A DNA stretch of 64,000 bases from positions 283,402,001 to 283,466,000 of the forward strand of contig OZ024743.1 in the NCBI GenBank assembly GCA_964016885.1. Direction: 5' to 3'. The notes under the pieces were generated by a model that ran no database searches, was not told where the DNA came from, and worked only from the letters and a program-made list of their open reading frames with translations. Both the position numbers and the translations under genes were made by a program. Of the stretch, positions 37,961-53,604 are shown piece by piece. The DNA comes from Eledone cirrhosa. Lineage: Eukaryota. How positions within the stretch are numbered: the stretch's first letter is position 1; each line of letters starts with the position of its first letter.

Positions 37961-38709
37961 TACAAATATTTGTGGAGATGGAACCAGAAACAAATATATA
38001 AGCCAAGTATACCTTGCTGAAACAGAATCAGGGAGTAGGAAATTTGATAATGTTAGTTGTGTGGGAGTAAGACAAATAAAGTATCTTATATCATAAAGCA
38101 AGGTGTCAATTTCAATGATAATGTCATTGGTGAGAGATGATTGTTTAAGATGATACAGACACACTTCCACTCAAAAGAAATAAATGGGTGAAAGTGTCAC
38201 TAAGGTGCGGAACAGAAAATATAAAAGGAATAGATAAAGAGAATATAACCACTAAGTGAGCCAACAGTTGTAGGGACCAAATGGGAGAACAAAACTGATT
38301 GACTTAAGACATGAAGACAAAAACAAGGTTGTATGTTTTGTTGAGATGTTGAAAGCTTCTTGATGGGCTTGTATCACATTAGTCATTCACTTATATAATC
38401 AAAAGCTAACAAGGGGGCTTCTATAAGGAGGTTCAAGCTACAACCTGGTCATCTTTAAAAAGGAAAGAACACATTAGATAACATGGTTCCAGATATCCTT
38501 AAAAAGATAGAATAGTCATGGTATAATACTTTTTATCATTAGTCGGTTTGATCAGAAGCGACTTGGGGCTAAACAACAACAGCTGTAGAAAACAAATGGG
38601 AGAATAAAAGTGATTTAAGATATGAAGATAAGAACATAGTTGTATGTTCTGCTGGGATATTGAAAGTGTCTAGATGTCATTCATTTAATTAAATCAGGTG
38701 GTACAAGAG

Positions 38710-38890
38710 AATACTATCTGATGACTGTTTCAGAAACCATACTATCTTTGACAGCTGTTATGGAAACTAAAAACTAATATCACTGATTATTGTTATAGAA
38801 ATAAGACTACTATCTTTGATAACTGTTATAGTAAAAATACAGTGCCAATATCTTTGATAGCTGTTATAGACATTTTTAAATAGCTGTAAT
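38710..38890. repeat. Degenerate minisatellite (actatctttgacagctgttat core)
   Basis: The motif recurs 5-6 times. Confidence 0.55.
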
Positions 38891-40690
38891 ATGCTCTAAG
38901 TAGGTTTAGCACCTTCATAGGTAATTCATCTATGATCATGATATCCCAGAGTACACTACAATCTACAGAATTAAAGATTGCTACTCAAACTCCATAAAGC
39001 AAGAGTTGTTTACTGTGGGTAGCTCCAGCATTGTTACAAAACCTTTCCCAAGGTGAAAATTTGATCTGTGCAGCCTCAGTCTTAACAAAAATCACACAGA
39101 TATGGTCATGTATATTGATCACACCATGTTGAAATCTTTGTAGTAAAATTATAGTAAATATCTTAGTCACAAAATCTATTAAACTGATGCCCCTGTGCAT
39201 ATGGCAAAAATGCATGTTACCCCTCATGAAGAAAGGGGGGGGGGGGGAGAACTGCATCACTCCAGTCTTGTGAGAAAGATTCTGTGTCCAAAAGACAAGT
39301 GATCATACAGAGCAACCAGAAAGAGTGAATATCTCAAAACACTTTTTGAAGATCTCAGTGGGAAAACCATCTTCACCCAGATCTTCAACAGTTAGTGTAT
39401 CTGAATTACATGTGTAGGAAATGGTATCTGTTCAGTCTATGTATAGTCAGTTAGTAGATGAGATGATTTACAAAATATCTATACCATCAACTGAAACAAT
39501 CATCTAGATTCAAAATAACCATGACTTAAGCATAGAGAATCATTTCACTTGTTGGTGAGTAGCTCTTCATGGTTGATATCAAAAGTTGATGCTGTTTTCA
39601 TTAGTCCCCAGTAGAAACTGGATGTGCCATACTTAGAATGATGGTATACCAGTATTAATTGCAATTAACACAGACAGAACAGGCTGTTTGTCTACTGAAT
39701 ACTTGATAGCTAGTGGTGTTACTATCTTAAGCGTCATTGACCTTCTCACCAACTTCTATTGCACTGCTTAATATCCAATCTTTATGCTCACACTTGAAAA
39801 ATCCTAATTTTCTAGTTACTGCTTTGTTAATTTTTTGTTAGGTCTTTGAATTTTTTCTGTAAAAAATAGGCTGTATGTTTTCTTACAAAGAAACAAAGAT
39901 GCGTTGCCAGAATGAGTTTACATGCTGAATTTTACAAAATCCTTATACATCCTCATTCCTTCACATGCAGGTTAAATTTACAGAATACATGGTCTTTACC
40001 TGAAAAAATATGCTTTTTGAAATTACTACTTAGTTACTTAGTAACATAGCCAAGTGCACTTATGATTATGATTACAAATGTAAGGTACTTACATATATGC
40101 ACATATACATTTACGTATATGCATACTTACATACAGACTTTTAAATACATACATGCATTCATACATAACCACATGATGGCTTCCCCCTCATTATCGAGTA
40201 TGGCCATTGCACGATATACCATTATTAATAATTATTAATTAATTCTATCATGCAATACCTGTGCGTGAAGATATTTTTTAAAGTGAGGAAAGACTGTGCA
40301 CTGAACCAAATACATGTATGTATGTATGTATGTTTGTATTTTTGTCCCTGCAGGACAAAAAACAGGCATGGTCATACATGTTTTTTGTCCTGCAGGGACA
40401 TACATACTTTACACACTTTGGGATGGGCTTTGACTCTTATGAGTTCTTCCGCCCTTTGTCAGGTTTTGTTTTTTGTCATGCAGGGTGTCCAAAATCACCC
40501 TCCTCATCAAGTAAACTTGGTGGGGTTGCCGGTTTAGTCGCCGATGACCCGACCATGTGACAGGTTGTACTGGGTTACATGTTACCAGTAGCACTCAAGA
40601 GTGACCCAACATATACATGCATACATACATACATATACATACATATACATATACATATATACATATATACATATATATATATAAATACAT

Positions 40691-41000
40691 ATGGAGGCAC
40701 ATGGCTTAGTGGTTAGAGCATTACCCTTGCAATTAAAAGGTTGTGAGTTCAATTCTAAGACCGGGTGATGTGTTGTTTCCTTGAGAAAGACACTTTATTT
40801 CACATTGCTCCAGTTTACTCAGCTGTAGAAATGAGATGATAGGGACTGGGGTCCATATCATTCCACTGCAAAGTGGTCGTGGAGGTGCCACGAAAAAAAG
40901 GTTGGTGTTAGGAAGGGCATCCAGCTATAGAAATCAAGCCAGAATCAGTTCCCATCCCACCCTTGCAAGCAGGGAAAAAGCAGACGTAAAATGAAATGAA
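40691..41000 (+). mobile_element. SINE family B
   Basis: TGGCTTAGTGG A-box, GAGTTCAATTC B-box and the RTE-like tail. Confidence 0.85.
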
Positions 41001-41045
41001 ATATATGCACACATATATATACATACATATATACATATACATATA

Positions 41046-41083
<38 letters not shown>

Positions 41084-41142
41084 CATACACATATACATAT
41101 ATATACATATACATACACATATACATACATACATACATACAT

Positions 41143-43697
<2,555 letters not shown>

Positions 43698-44019
43698 ATA
43701 CATACATACATACATACATACAAATTTGCTTACATTTATACATATTTATACATACATATCCATCTGTATATATCTATGTATATATGCAGCTAAAAGAAGA
43801 AGAATGGGGAGGAAGGGGAGGAGGCGGAGAAGAACAAGAAGAAGAAGAACAACAACAACAAGATTTAACACTTTTAACAAAAGATGAATCAAATCTGATT
43901 TTTACATTTTTTTTAATTTATGATTTTTAAACCTTACCAAAAATAAGTAAAACTTACGGTTGTTGTCTCTTTTGTTATTATGTATATTTTATTCTTATTG
44001 TTGCTCCACTCTCTCCTGC

Positions 44020-44152
44020 TCTCTTTATGGTCTGAGTTCAAATCCCGCCGAAGTTAACTTTGCCTTTCATCCTTACGGGGTCGATAAAATAAAGTACCAG
44101 TAATGCACTGGGATAATTGCTGGCCTTGTGCCAAAAGTAGAAACAATTATTA
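44020..44152 (+). mobile_element. 5'-truncated SINE family A
   Basis: B-box, central domain and tail are present. Confidence 0.8.
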
Positions 44153-44609
44153 CTAATATTCGAAAAACTCAGATTACATTTATACATGTGTGTGTGTGTG
44201 TGTTTATATTCTCCTTTTACAAATACCAACATTTTTCAATATTAAAAAAAACATATATATTTGAAAGGTATGTTGGTTTATGAAAACAACTTAATAGTCT
44301 TCACATTTGTGTATGTGTCTGTGTGTGTGTATGTGTGTGCATGTGTGTGTATGTGTGTGCATGTATGTGTGTGTCTGTGTCTCTGCATGTGTGTCTTTTA
44401 GTCTGTTTCTATGCATACATGTACATATGTATGTATTTATGTATGTATATATGTATGCATGTATGTATGTAGATGCATATGAATTTGTTTTATTTATGTA
44501 TTTCTAATAGCATTTCACTGCTTTCCCTATGTTCTCTTTAAATTATAGAGCAAGATATATATTGCACTCAAATAACTCTAAACATTTTCATCCATCATCA
44601 TCAACAACT

Positions 44610-44641
<32 letters not shown>

Positions 44642-45364
44642 CGTTTAATGTCCACTTTCCACGCTAGCATATAACTATAATATTTACATAATTTGTGTCT
44701 GTGTGTGTATGTGTGTCTGAGTGTCTGTGTATGCGTGTGAGTATGTGTGAGTGTGTGAGTGTATGAATGTGTGTATGTGAGTGTGTATATGTGTGTGAGT
44801 GTGTGTGTATGAGTGTGTGTGTGTGTGTGTGAGCAAGAGAGAGAATGTGTGTGTGTGTGTATGAGTGTGTGTGCGTGTGTGTGTATGTGGTTCACCAATC
44901 ATCAAAACTTTATTTCAATTTCAAATCTTTTATACTCATTGTTAAGAAAATTACTTGTTGTGCATACAAATGAATAAGTATATGATATATGTCCAATATT
45001 GTAAGATATTTGTTTTCTTTAAATAATTTGTAGTAGTTTTTGTGTATTTTTTTCCCTGAGTGGTTTTTTGGTGGTGGTGATGGAGGGAGATATCTTTAAA
45101 TCATACAAAAGCAGACACTTGATTTACAATCAATGCTTCCCTTACAGAAGACATAGTATAGATTTTTAAAATTCTACAGACAATTCTTTTGTTGATCCAC
45201 TTCACAGACATCAGCAGTTTATGACGCCAGTACTCAACTTCTGTGTTTGTTTTATTAAGTAGATGAGAGATAAATACTTCCTGGATATGTGGTTAGTTTA
45301 TATCACTGTTAAATGTTAACTTTCTCAGAAAGAGTTTGTTTTAGTTTTCTTAACTATAGTTATC

Positions 45365-46440
45365 TGTGCCTTGTCCAGCCAAAACACTCACCAAAATGGA
45401 GCGCACGCTCTTCCAATTCCTTTGGAAGAAGCGGGCTCCTTTGGTGAGAAGATCCATCTGCTGCCAACACCCTTCCAACGGAGGGCTGGGGATGCCGTGG
45501 CTGACGATGCGCAAACATGCGCTCAGGCTGCGGAACCTCCACATATTCCTCACCGGACAACCGCTGTGGGCCCCGTTCGTGAGGTGAGCCTTCCCATGAC
45601 TCGTCTCGCTGACCGAGCTGCAGTCCTGGGTCAAGCAAAGACCGAAGAAAATGGGCGACTGGCACATCGAATGTGCTCAGGCACTCACAGCCCTCTGGCA
45701 GGTGGACCCGGCGGTCAGTGGAGACTCCACTTCATCATTCTATAGAGGGTTGATCTGCAGCAAGTGCGACGACGCACTCGGAGAAACTCTAGGCGTAGAG
45801 GAAGATGAACTGGCCAGTCTGTTCAGTAGAACCTTCCGCCTGGGACCGATTGACAACTTCCAAAAGTCCCTGGCCTCGCAGTGCTACCGAGGAGCTCTAC
45901 CAGTTCGAGACAAGCTCTACAGAAACGGGCGCCTGGGTAGGGACCCTTCAAAAAAGATCTGTCCGAGATGTGTGCGAGACGAAGAAACCGTTACGCACGC
46001 ATTTGTACACTGCCTGGGCGTCACTGACCTGTGGGGCTATGTAGAACGACTATTGTCGCGGGTGGGACCAATCCGGTTGACCACCGAGTCCATTGTCATG
46101 ATCAAACTGCCACCCTCCTTCAAAAACGAAGAAGAGGCGGTTTTCCTTTGTGTGATAGCTATGGCGAAAGAGGTTGTATGGTGGACGAGGTTAAAAGGGC
46201 TGAGTTCAGACACCTTTCTCTCCAGCCAACAACTGATTCTTTTTTTCAAATACCACTTTTTTTTTCAGGGGTATGTGTCACCCATATGAAATGTCTCCCC
46301 TATTGGGGAAAATCGATTAACTTTTAAATTGTATTTGTGATAATATTTTACATGTTTTTATTGTATGTAAACTTTCCCCTTTGTATTTGTCCCCTTCTTT
46401 TGTGCCCTGTGTCTAATAAAGAAAAATATCTATCTATATC
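45365..46440 (+). mobile_element. Truncated, internally deleted copy of the Tx1 element at 53362-59198
   Basis: High identity to the reverse complement of 53362-54615. Has stops and a deletion joining the ORF end to the 3' UTR at ~46265. Ends AATAAA..tatctatc. Confidence 0.9.
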
Positions 46441-46629
46441 ATCATTATTTCTGTTTAATGTCAATTTTCCCATGCTTGTATGGGTTAGACAGGTGATCCA
46501 TGCCAGAAGAGAAGTCTGGCCAGGGTTGGCCATGGGTGCTACCTTTCTCCGGCAAGGATTGTAAATTTGGCTGGGTATTTTACACCTGGATGCCCTTCCT
46601 AACACCAACAATGTATACAGTGTGAAATT

Positions 46630-47340
46630 GGATGGCTCCGTTATGAGGTGGGACAGGCCAGTTGGCCACGCCAAACCTGTCTCACGACAGAACCATGTTT
46701 TCGGAGCCCAACCCATCAAACAGTGGAACCAGAGTTTTGGAGTCCAGTACTGGATGGCACCAATATGAGGAGCCCAACCCATCTCACGGCATAGTCACAG
46801 TTTTGGGGCCTGGTACTGGGTGACACCACTATGAGGAGGGACAGGCCAGTTTGTCACGCCAGACACATCTCACAGTGGAACCATGGTTTCGGAGCCTAGC
46901 ACTGGTAACACAACTATGAGAAGGGACAGGTCAGTTGGCTGCTCCGAACCCCTCTCACAGTGTGACACAGTTTCGGAGCCGGGCACTCTCCATGTGACAG
47001 ATACTTCTCAATATCAAACCAGAGAACCACATGTGACTCCACCATACGACGAACCCTTCTCAGTATGAAACCACTTTTTGTGGGGTCTAGCCTTGGATGG
47101 CAACACTATGCGAAGAGGTCACCACTATGGGAAGTGACAGGCCAATTTGGTCGTGCTGAAATCCTCCCACAGCGGCACCCCAGCTTCGGGGCTTGGTACT
47201 CTCCACACAACAAACTCTTCTCGGTATGAAACTGAGGAGCCTAACCCAAGTTTCATCCCACCACCATGAGGGGGGGACAGGCCAGCTGGCTGCACCAAAC
47301 CCACCGCACAATGTAACCATAGTTGAGGGGCCCAATATTT
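46630..47340. repeat. Degenerate tandem repeat (ccactatgaggagggacaggccagttgg...ggaacca..tttcggagcc)
   Basis: The GGGACAGGCCAG motif recurs at ~46651, 46839, 46923, 47156 and 47274. Confidence 0.65.
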
Positions 47341-49851
47341 CAAGCACACCTATGGACTAGCATGAGTTTCCCCCAATGTAGCTGATGTAGCTACTATTTC
47401 TAGAAAACTTATATACCAGCACGAGGTTCCCTCTATTTCGCTAATGTAGCTACTATTTCTAGCACACCTATGGGCCATTATGAGTTTCTCCCTATTTAAA
47501 GGCTATTTCAAGCACACCTATGGACCAACCATGAGTTTCCCCCCTATTTAGGTGCTATTTTTAGCACATCTATAGACCACCGTGATGTTACTCCTATTTA
47601 GCTGCTTTTTCTAGCACTTTTATGTACCACCATGAGGTTGCCCCTATTTAGCTGATGTACTGAGGGATCCTCATGGTGGTCCATGGGTGTGCTAGAAATA
47701 GCAGTTACATCTGCTAAATAGAAGTATTCCCGTGGTGGTTCTTAGGTTTGCTAGAAGTAGCTGCTACATCAGCTAAATAGAGGGAACCTCATGGTGGGCC
47801 ATAAAAGTGCGAGAAATAGTAGCTACATTAGCTAAACAGAGGGAACCTCATGGTGGGCCATAAAAGTGCGAGAAATAGTAGCTACATTAGCTAAACAGAG
47901 GGAGCCTCATTGTGGTCCATAGCTGTGCTAGAAATAGCTGCTAAATAGGGGGCTCCTCATGGTGGTGTATAGGTTTTCTAGAAATAGCAGCTACATCAGC
48001 TACACTGAGGCAGCCACACGATGGTCTATAGGTGTGCTAGAAATAGCAGCTACAATAGCTAAACTGGGGGCACCTCATGGTGATCCATCCATAGGTGTAC
48101 TAGAAATAGCTTCATCAGCTAAACACGGTGAACCTTATGGTGGTCTATATGTGTACTAGAAATAGCAGCTAAATAGATGAAGTTTATGGTGGTCCCTAGT
48201 TGTGCTAGAAATAGGAGCTACACCAGCTAAATAGGTGGAAACTCGTGGTGGTCCATAGATGTGCTAGAAATAGCAGCTACATCAGCTAAATAGGGGGAAC
48301 CTACCATAGGCTTGCTAGAAATAGCAGCTACATCAGCTTAATAGCAGGAACCTCGTGGTGGTCCATAGGTGAGCTAGAAATAGCAGCTGCATCATCTTAT
48401 TAGGGAGAACCTTACTGGTGTCCATATGTGTGCTAGAAATAGCAGCTAAATAGGCAGAACATCATGATGGTCCACAGGTTTGCTAGAAATAACAGCTACA
48501 TCAGCTCAATAGATGGAACCCTGTGGTGATCCATAGGTTTACTAGAAATAGCTGCTACATCAGCTAAATAGCAGGAACATCATGGTGGTCCATAGGTGTG
48601 CTAGAAATAGCATCTACATCAGCTAAACATCACTGTAGTCTATAGGTATGCTAGAAATAGGAGCTACACCAGTTAAATATGTGGAAACTGATAGTGGTCC
48701 TTAGGTGTGCTTGAAATAGGAGCTACACCAGCTAAATATGTGAAAACTCATAGTGGTCCATAGGTGTGCTTGAAATAGCAGCTAAATAGGGGGACCTTAT
48801 GGTGGTCCATAGGTGTGCTGGCAACAACAGCTACATCAACTACATAGGGGGATCTTCATGGTGGTCCATAGGTTTTCTAGAAATAGCAGCTACACCAGCT
48901 ATATGGAGGGAAACTCATTGTGGTCTATAGGTGTACTAGAAATAGCAGCTAAATAGAGGAAACTTATGTTGAGGCTCCCTCTATTTAGCTAATGTAGCTG
49001 CTATTTGTAGCAAACCTTAGGACCACCACAAGAATCCCTCTATTTAGTAGATGTTTTTGCTATTTCTAGCTCACTTATGGACCACCATTAGATTCCCCAG
49101 TTTAGCTGTTGTAGCTGCTTTTTCTAACATACCTATGGACTACCATGATGTTGTCCCTGTTTAGCTGATGTAGCTGCTATTTCTAGCAAACCTATTGACC
49201 ATCATGAGTTTCTCTTATTTAGCTGCTACTTTTATCATGCCCATGGAATACTATGAGGTTTTGCTTGTTTTGCTGATGTAGCTCTTGTTTCTAGCACACA
49301 TATGGACCATAACGAGGTTCCCCTATTTAGCTGATGTAGTTGCTATCCAGCACATTTATGGAACACCATGATGTCCCTCCTATTTAGTTGCTATTTCTAG
49401 CACATTTATGGACCACCATGAGGTTCCCCCACTTAACTGAAATAATAGCTGCTTCTAGCAAACCTATGGACCATCACAAGGTTCCCTCTGTTTAGCTGAT
49501 GTAGCTGCTATTTCTAGCACAACTATGTACCACCATGAGATTTCCCCAGTTTAGCTCTTGTAGCTGCTTTTTCTAACAAATCTATGGATCACCACATGAT
49601 TCCCTCTATTTAGCTGATGTAGCTGCTATTTCTAGCACGCCCTTGGACCACTATCAGGTTCCCCAGTTTAGCTGTGTAGCTGCTATTTCTAGCACAACAA
49701 TGGACCACCATGATTTTGCCCTTGTTTAGCTGATGTAGCTGTTATTTCTAGCAAACCTATGGACCACCATGAGGTTCCCTCAGTTTAGCTGTTGTAGCTG
49801 CTATTTTTAGCAAACCTATGGACCACCACAAGTTTTCCCTTATTTAGCTGA
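47340..49851. repeat. Satellite with 59-bp and 50-bp monomers in three blocks of alternating orientation
   Basis: Monomer ccataggtgtgctagaaatagcagcta[catcagcta]aatagggggaacctcatggtggt. Reverse in ~47340-47660, forward in ~47661-48970, reverse in ~48971-49851. Confidence 0.92.
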
Positions 49852-50039
49852 GATTATATATATATATAAATAAAATTTGGAAAACGCAAATAAAGAAATA
49901 TTTAACTATTTTCTTGGAGCATCCCTACTGAGGTTGCATTGAGTGTTGAGAAAATCTCAACTTTTCAGGGAACATTTTCAAACAAGAAAGGATTCAACTG
50001 AGTTATCCACTACCAGCTATAATTTCGAACGGGAGTATT

Positions 50040-50852
50040 ATGACGTTATTAGTGTCTTATAGAGGGGCAGCAGTATGTGGACAATGGCTAGTGAAAGCGC
50101 TGCTATATATAGCAGTCAAATTTTGCCAAATTTTGCACATAGGTCTATCCTTCACTCTGGGAGAGAAGCCATCTGTTATCAGCAAAGATATCAGCCTTCT
50201 AAACTTCTTCCAGTCTGTTCTGATCTTGGCTATCACACTTTCAGTGTATCCCCTCCTATTTTTAATTTGGTCACCTAGGTAACAAAAGCTGTCAGCAACT
50301 TCTAAGGAGCCACTCTGTCAACTGACGAAATCTACATCGTTCTTAGTGCTAACTTCTGTGCATCTGCATCTTTTCTGTTAATCTGCCTGAAATCCCACTA
50401 CATCTCTTGAGCCTCCGTAGATTTCACTGTATGCACGCTATATAATTTCTGTCCATCTCTTTCTGGTGTATTAAACAAGGCCACTTCCCTGACAGTATCA
50501 CCCTCCTTCCTACTTATTAAGACTTTCATCTTTGCTAAGTTTACTTTTAGGTTTTTCAACTCTAAGTTCTTCTTCCATGCTTGAAATGTTGTCTCTAACT
50601 CTCCTAGGGATTCAGTTATGAGGACTAGGTCATCAGCATACAAGAGCTCCCATGGTGTGCCAGTTTTAAACTCCTCAGTTATGACCTAAAGGACAATGAT
50701 AAACAGGAGTGAGCTAAAGAGTGAGCTCTGGTGGACCCCATCTGCACTTCAAATTCATCACTGTATTCATTTGTCAACTCTCACTCTGTTGGTTGCTCGT
50801 TTATATATAGCCTGCGCAACTCTCACAAGCCATTCAACTACACCTAGCTTAC
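50040..50852 (-). mobile_element. Old RTE RT fragment
   Basis: PWELLYADDLVLI, VNLAK.KVL, FCYLG on the minus strand, with many lesions. Confidence 0.8.
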
Positions 50853-50869
50853 TAAATGGCATATGGCAT

Positions 50870-51240
50870 ATAGTTAAATCCCTTTATGTTCTGAGTTCAA
50901 ATTCCACTGAGGTTAACTTTGCCTTTCATCTTTATGGGGTCAATAAAATAAAGTCTAGTAATGCATTAGGTTTGATTTAATCGACTTCCCCTCCTCTAAA
51001 ATTGTTGACCTTATGCCTAAATCAGAAACCATTATTATTAGTATCAATGCGGTGGATTGGCAGTATCGGTAGAGAGTCGGACGCATTGCTTTCCAGCATA
51101 GTTACGTCCCTTTACGGTCTGAGTTCAAATCCCGCCGAGGTTTACTTTGCCTTTCATCCTTACGGGGTCGATAAAATAAAGTACCAGTAATGCACTGGGT
51201 AATTGCTGGCCTTGTGCCAAAAGTAGAAACAATTATTATT
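50870..51240 (+). mobile_element. Two tandem SINE family A copies
   Basis: The second copy (51050-51240) is flanked by attattattagtatc direct repeats. Confidence 0.85.
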
Positions 51241-52099
51241 AGTATCTATAGTCATATTTTCATTGTATGGTATCATTGAATTAAAGTGTATAGCTGTGTG
51301 CCTTGCATATGTGCAGTGTTGTTGTTTCTGTTGTATTGGAAGTACTCCATGTAATATGTACACAATGCTTAGTAGTACTATTTTCTGTATATTGTACATA
51401 TTTGTAAGTTCTGGAGTTTTGTTTATGTAGTTGTAATTTTTTTCTATGGTCAGACGAATACTTAAACTGTAACAATGGAATATAAAGAGTAAATTGCTTG
51501 AGTAATTGTGATTAGACAAACATATCTATCAATAAATGATCAGCTCTGTTGGCTTCAGTGTGAGTGGGAAAGGGCAGAGTGTGAGTTGCTATGTTAATAT
51601 ACAGACTAAATGACAGTGAGTCATGAGTTCATATTCATTACAGACTGACTTATGTTACTCAGCAGAATATTTACTCATATACATATGTGTGTCTCTTTTC
51701 AAAGTGAGACCTTGCCACTTTAAAGTGAGATTAATGATTTCTAAGCGTGACTTTACTGCATGAAAGGGAAAATAACGATTTCAGAGTGAGAATGGTGATT
51801 ACAAAGTGAGAATAATGATTACAAAGTGAGAATGATTTCAAAATGAGATTAACTCAAAAAGATATGACTAAGTTTCTGGGAGATGAACAGAAAGAAAGAA
51901 ATAAAGGCTAAGGAAATGCACAGAAAGATTTGTTTATTAGAAACTATAACATCAAAACATCGTTTGTACAAACATTTCTTGTTTAATTCCAAGTTTTCAT
52001 CAGCAAACCAGTGAGGCAAAAAAAAAGTTTGTTTTTTTTCAAGGGTAAATATAGCAATGATACCCAATGCTAATTTTCTAAGAATATTATCTCAGTGTG

Positions 52100-52520
52100 T
52101 GGCTTTTGAAACATCTGTGAAATTGTTTACAACTTCTGCACAATGTCTGGTCGGACAAGTTCTGCTTTTAATGTGTATCTTATGTACGAGAAACAGTCCT
52201 CTATGGAATTAAGCATGGGTGAATACACAGGCAAATGTTTCAAACAATTGGAAATAACTTCAATAGAAAGTGTGATCCTATGGTGAATAGTTGCATTGTT
52301 GTATATACAAATATATTTCTGACCTTGAAAATGCTCTGCTAGGAGGCAAAGAATATTTTCAAACTGTGCTGTATACATGCAAGGATGAAACCCTGTTGAG
52401 ACATGTTGCTCTGTACATAACATAGCAACAGTGATACTAAGAGTTTTTCCTGTTTGACTATGAACAGTTCTAACTGCAAGTTAGCTCCTACATGATCAGC
52501 CATGAGTGCTGGTAGTGTGA
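52100..52520 (-). pseudogene. IS630/Tc1-superfamily transposase relic
   Basis: IYNNATIHH..LPVYSPMLNSIEDCFSYIR corresponds to DNA.IH..LPPYSP.LNPIE..FS..K. Confidence 0.7.
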
Positions 52521-52604
52521 AGGTCAAAGCTACATTCATGCACAAAACATGTTGGTTTTCCAGAGGTAATAGCAGCTGTGAAATACCAAAGTCATATCGA
52601 GTAA

Positions 52605-52825
52605 TAATTGTTTCTGTTTTAGGCACAAGGCCAGCAATTTGAAGGGCAAGGGAAAGTCGATTAAATTGACCCCAGTTTTTACTTGTACTTTATTTTATCG
52701 ACCCCATAAGGATGAAAGGCAAAGCTAACCTTGGCGGGATTTGACCTCAGAATGTAAAGGGTCGTAACTCTATGCTGCAAAGCATGGTATCCGATGCTGT
52801 ACCAATACTGCCATTCCACTGCCCT
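52605..52825 (-). mobile_element. SINE family A
   Basis: Full copy flanked by tcatatc(g/t)agtaataat direct repeats. Confidence 0.83.
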
Positions 52826-53604
52826 GTCATATCTAGTAATAATAACATCAGGTTGATTTATATCTTCAGACATTAGAACCAGCTTTATTTGTCTTATTTT
52901 CTTGTTCGTTCATTTCGTATTGTAGTGGCTTTCAAACTTCAAATTTTATATCCTATTTTAAGTTTTTTAAATGCAACTATTGTTTACAAGTATTTTTTTA
53001 ATGTAAATGTCTACATTTGTCTTTTACAAAGTGATTAAGGGATTGATTTATTGCCTCATACAAACAGGTATACATCTCATCATCAACACTCACATTGCAT
53101 CTACTACCATTGAGTAATACTTCTTACTTTCTTGTCTTAACAAAGTATAAAATTATTGTCTTTGGAGTCTTCAAATTAATGCCTATAGACTGAGTAAAGA
53201 CCTTGTAGTCTAATCCACAATCATAACAATCTATGAGCTGACTGTGAGCAATGTTAGATACCAATGTATGTTCATTTAATGCTGCTTGTCTAGGAATTAC
53301 AAAAAAAAAAACAGTTTAAAGAATAACCCATTTAACTCTGGCTGTTAGATAGATAGATAGATATATTTCTTTATTAGCCACAGGGGCACAAAAGAAGGGG
53401 ACAAATACAAAGGGGGAAGTTTACATACAATAAAAACGTGTAAAATGTTATCACAAATGGAATTTTAAAAGTTAGTCGATTTTCCCCAATAGAGGGAGAC
53501 AGTTTATATGGGTAACACATACCCCCGAAAAAAAATATGCAACCCTCATCTCCAGGAGTACGAAGAGTTTGTACTCCTTTCCTCTCCTCCTCCTTTTCCT
53601 CAAC

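Noticed and set aside
47340-49851. CRISPR-like array
   Set aside because: Monomers are contiguous and the between-core sequences are homologous rather than unique spacers. There are no cas genes and the context is eukaryotic.
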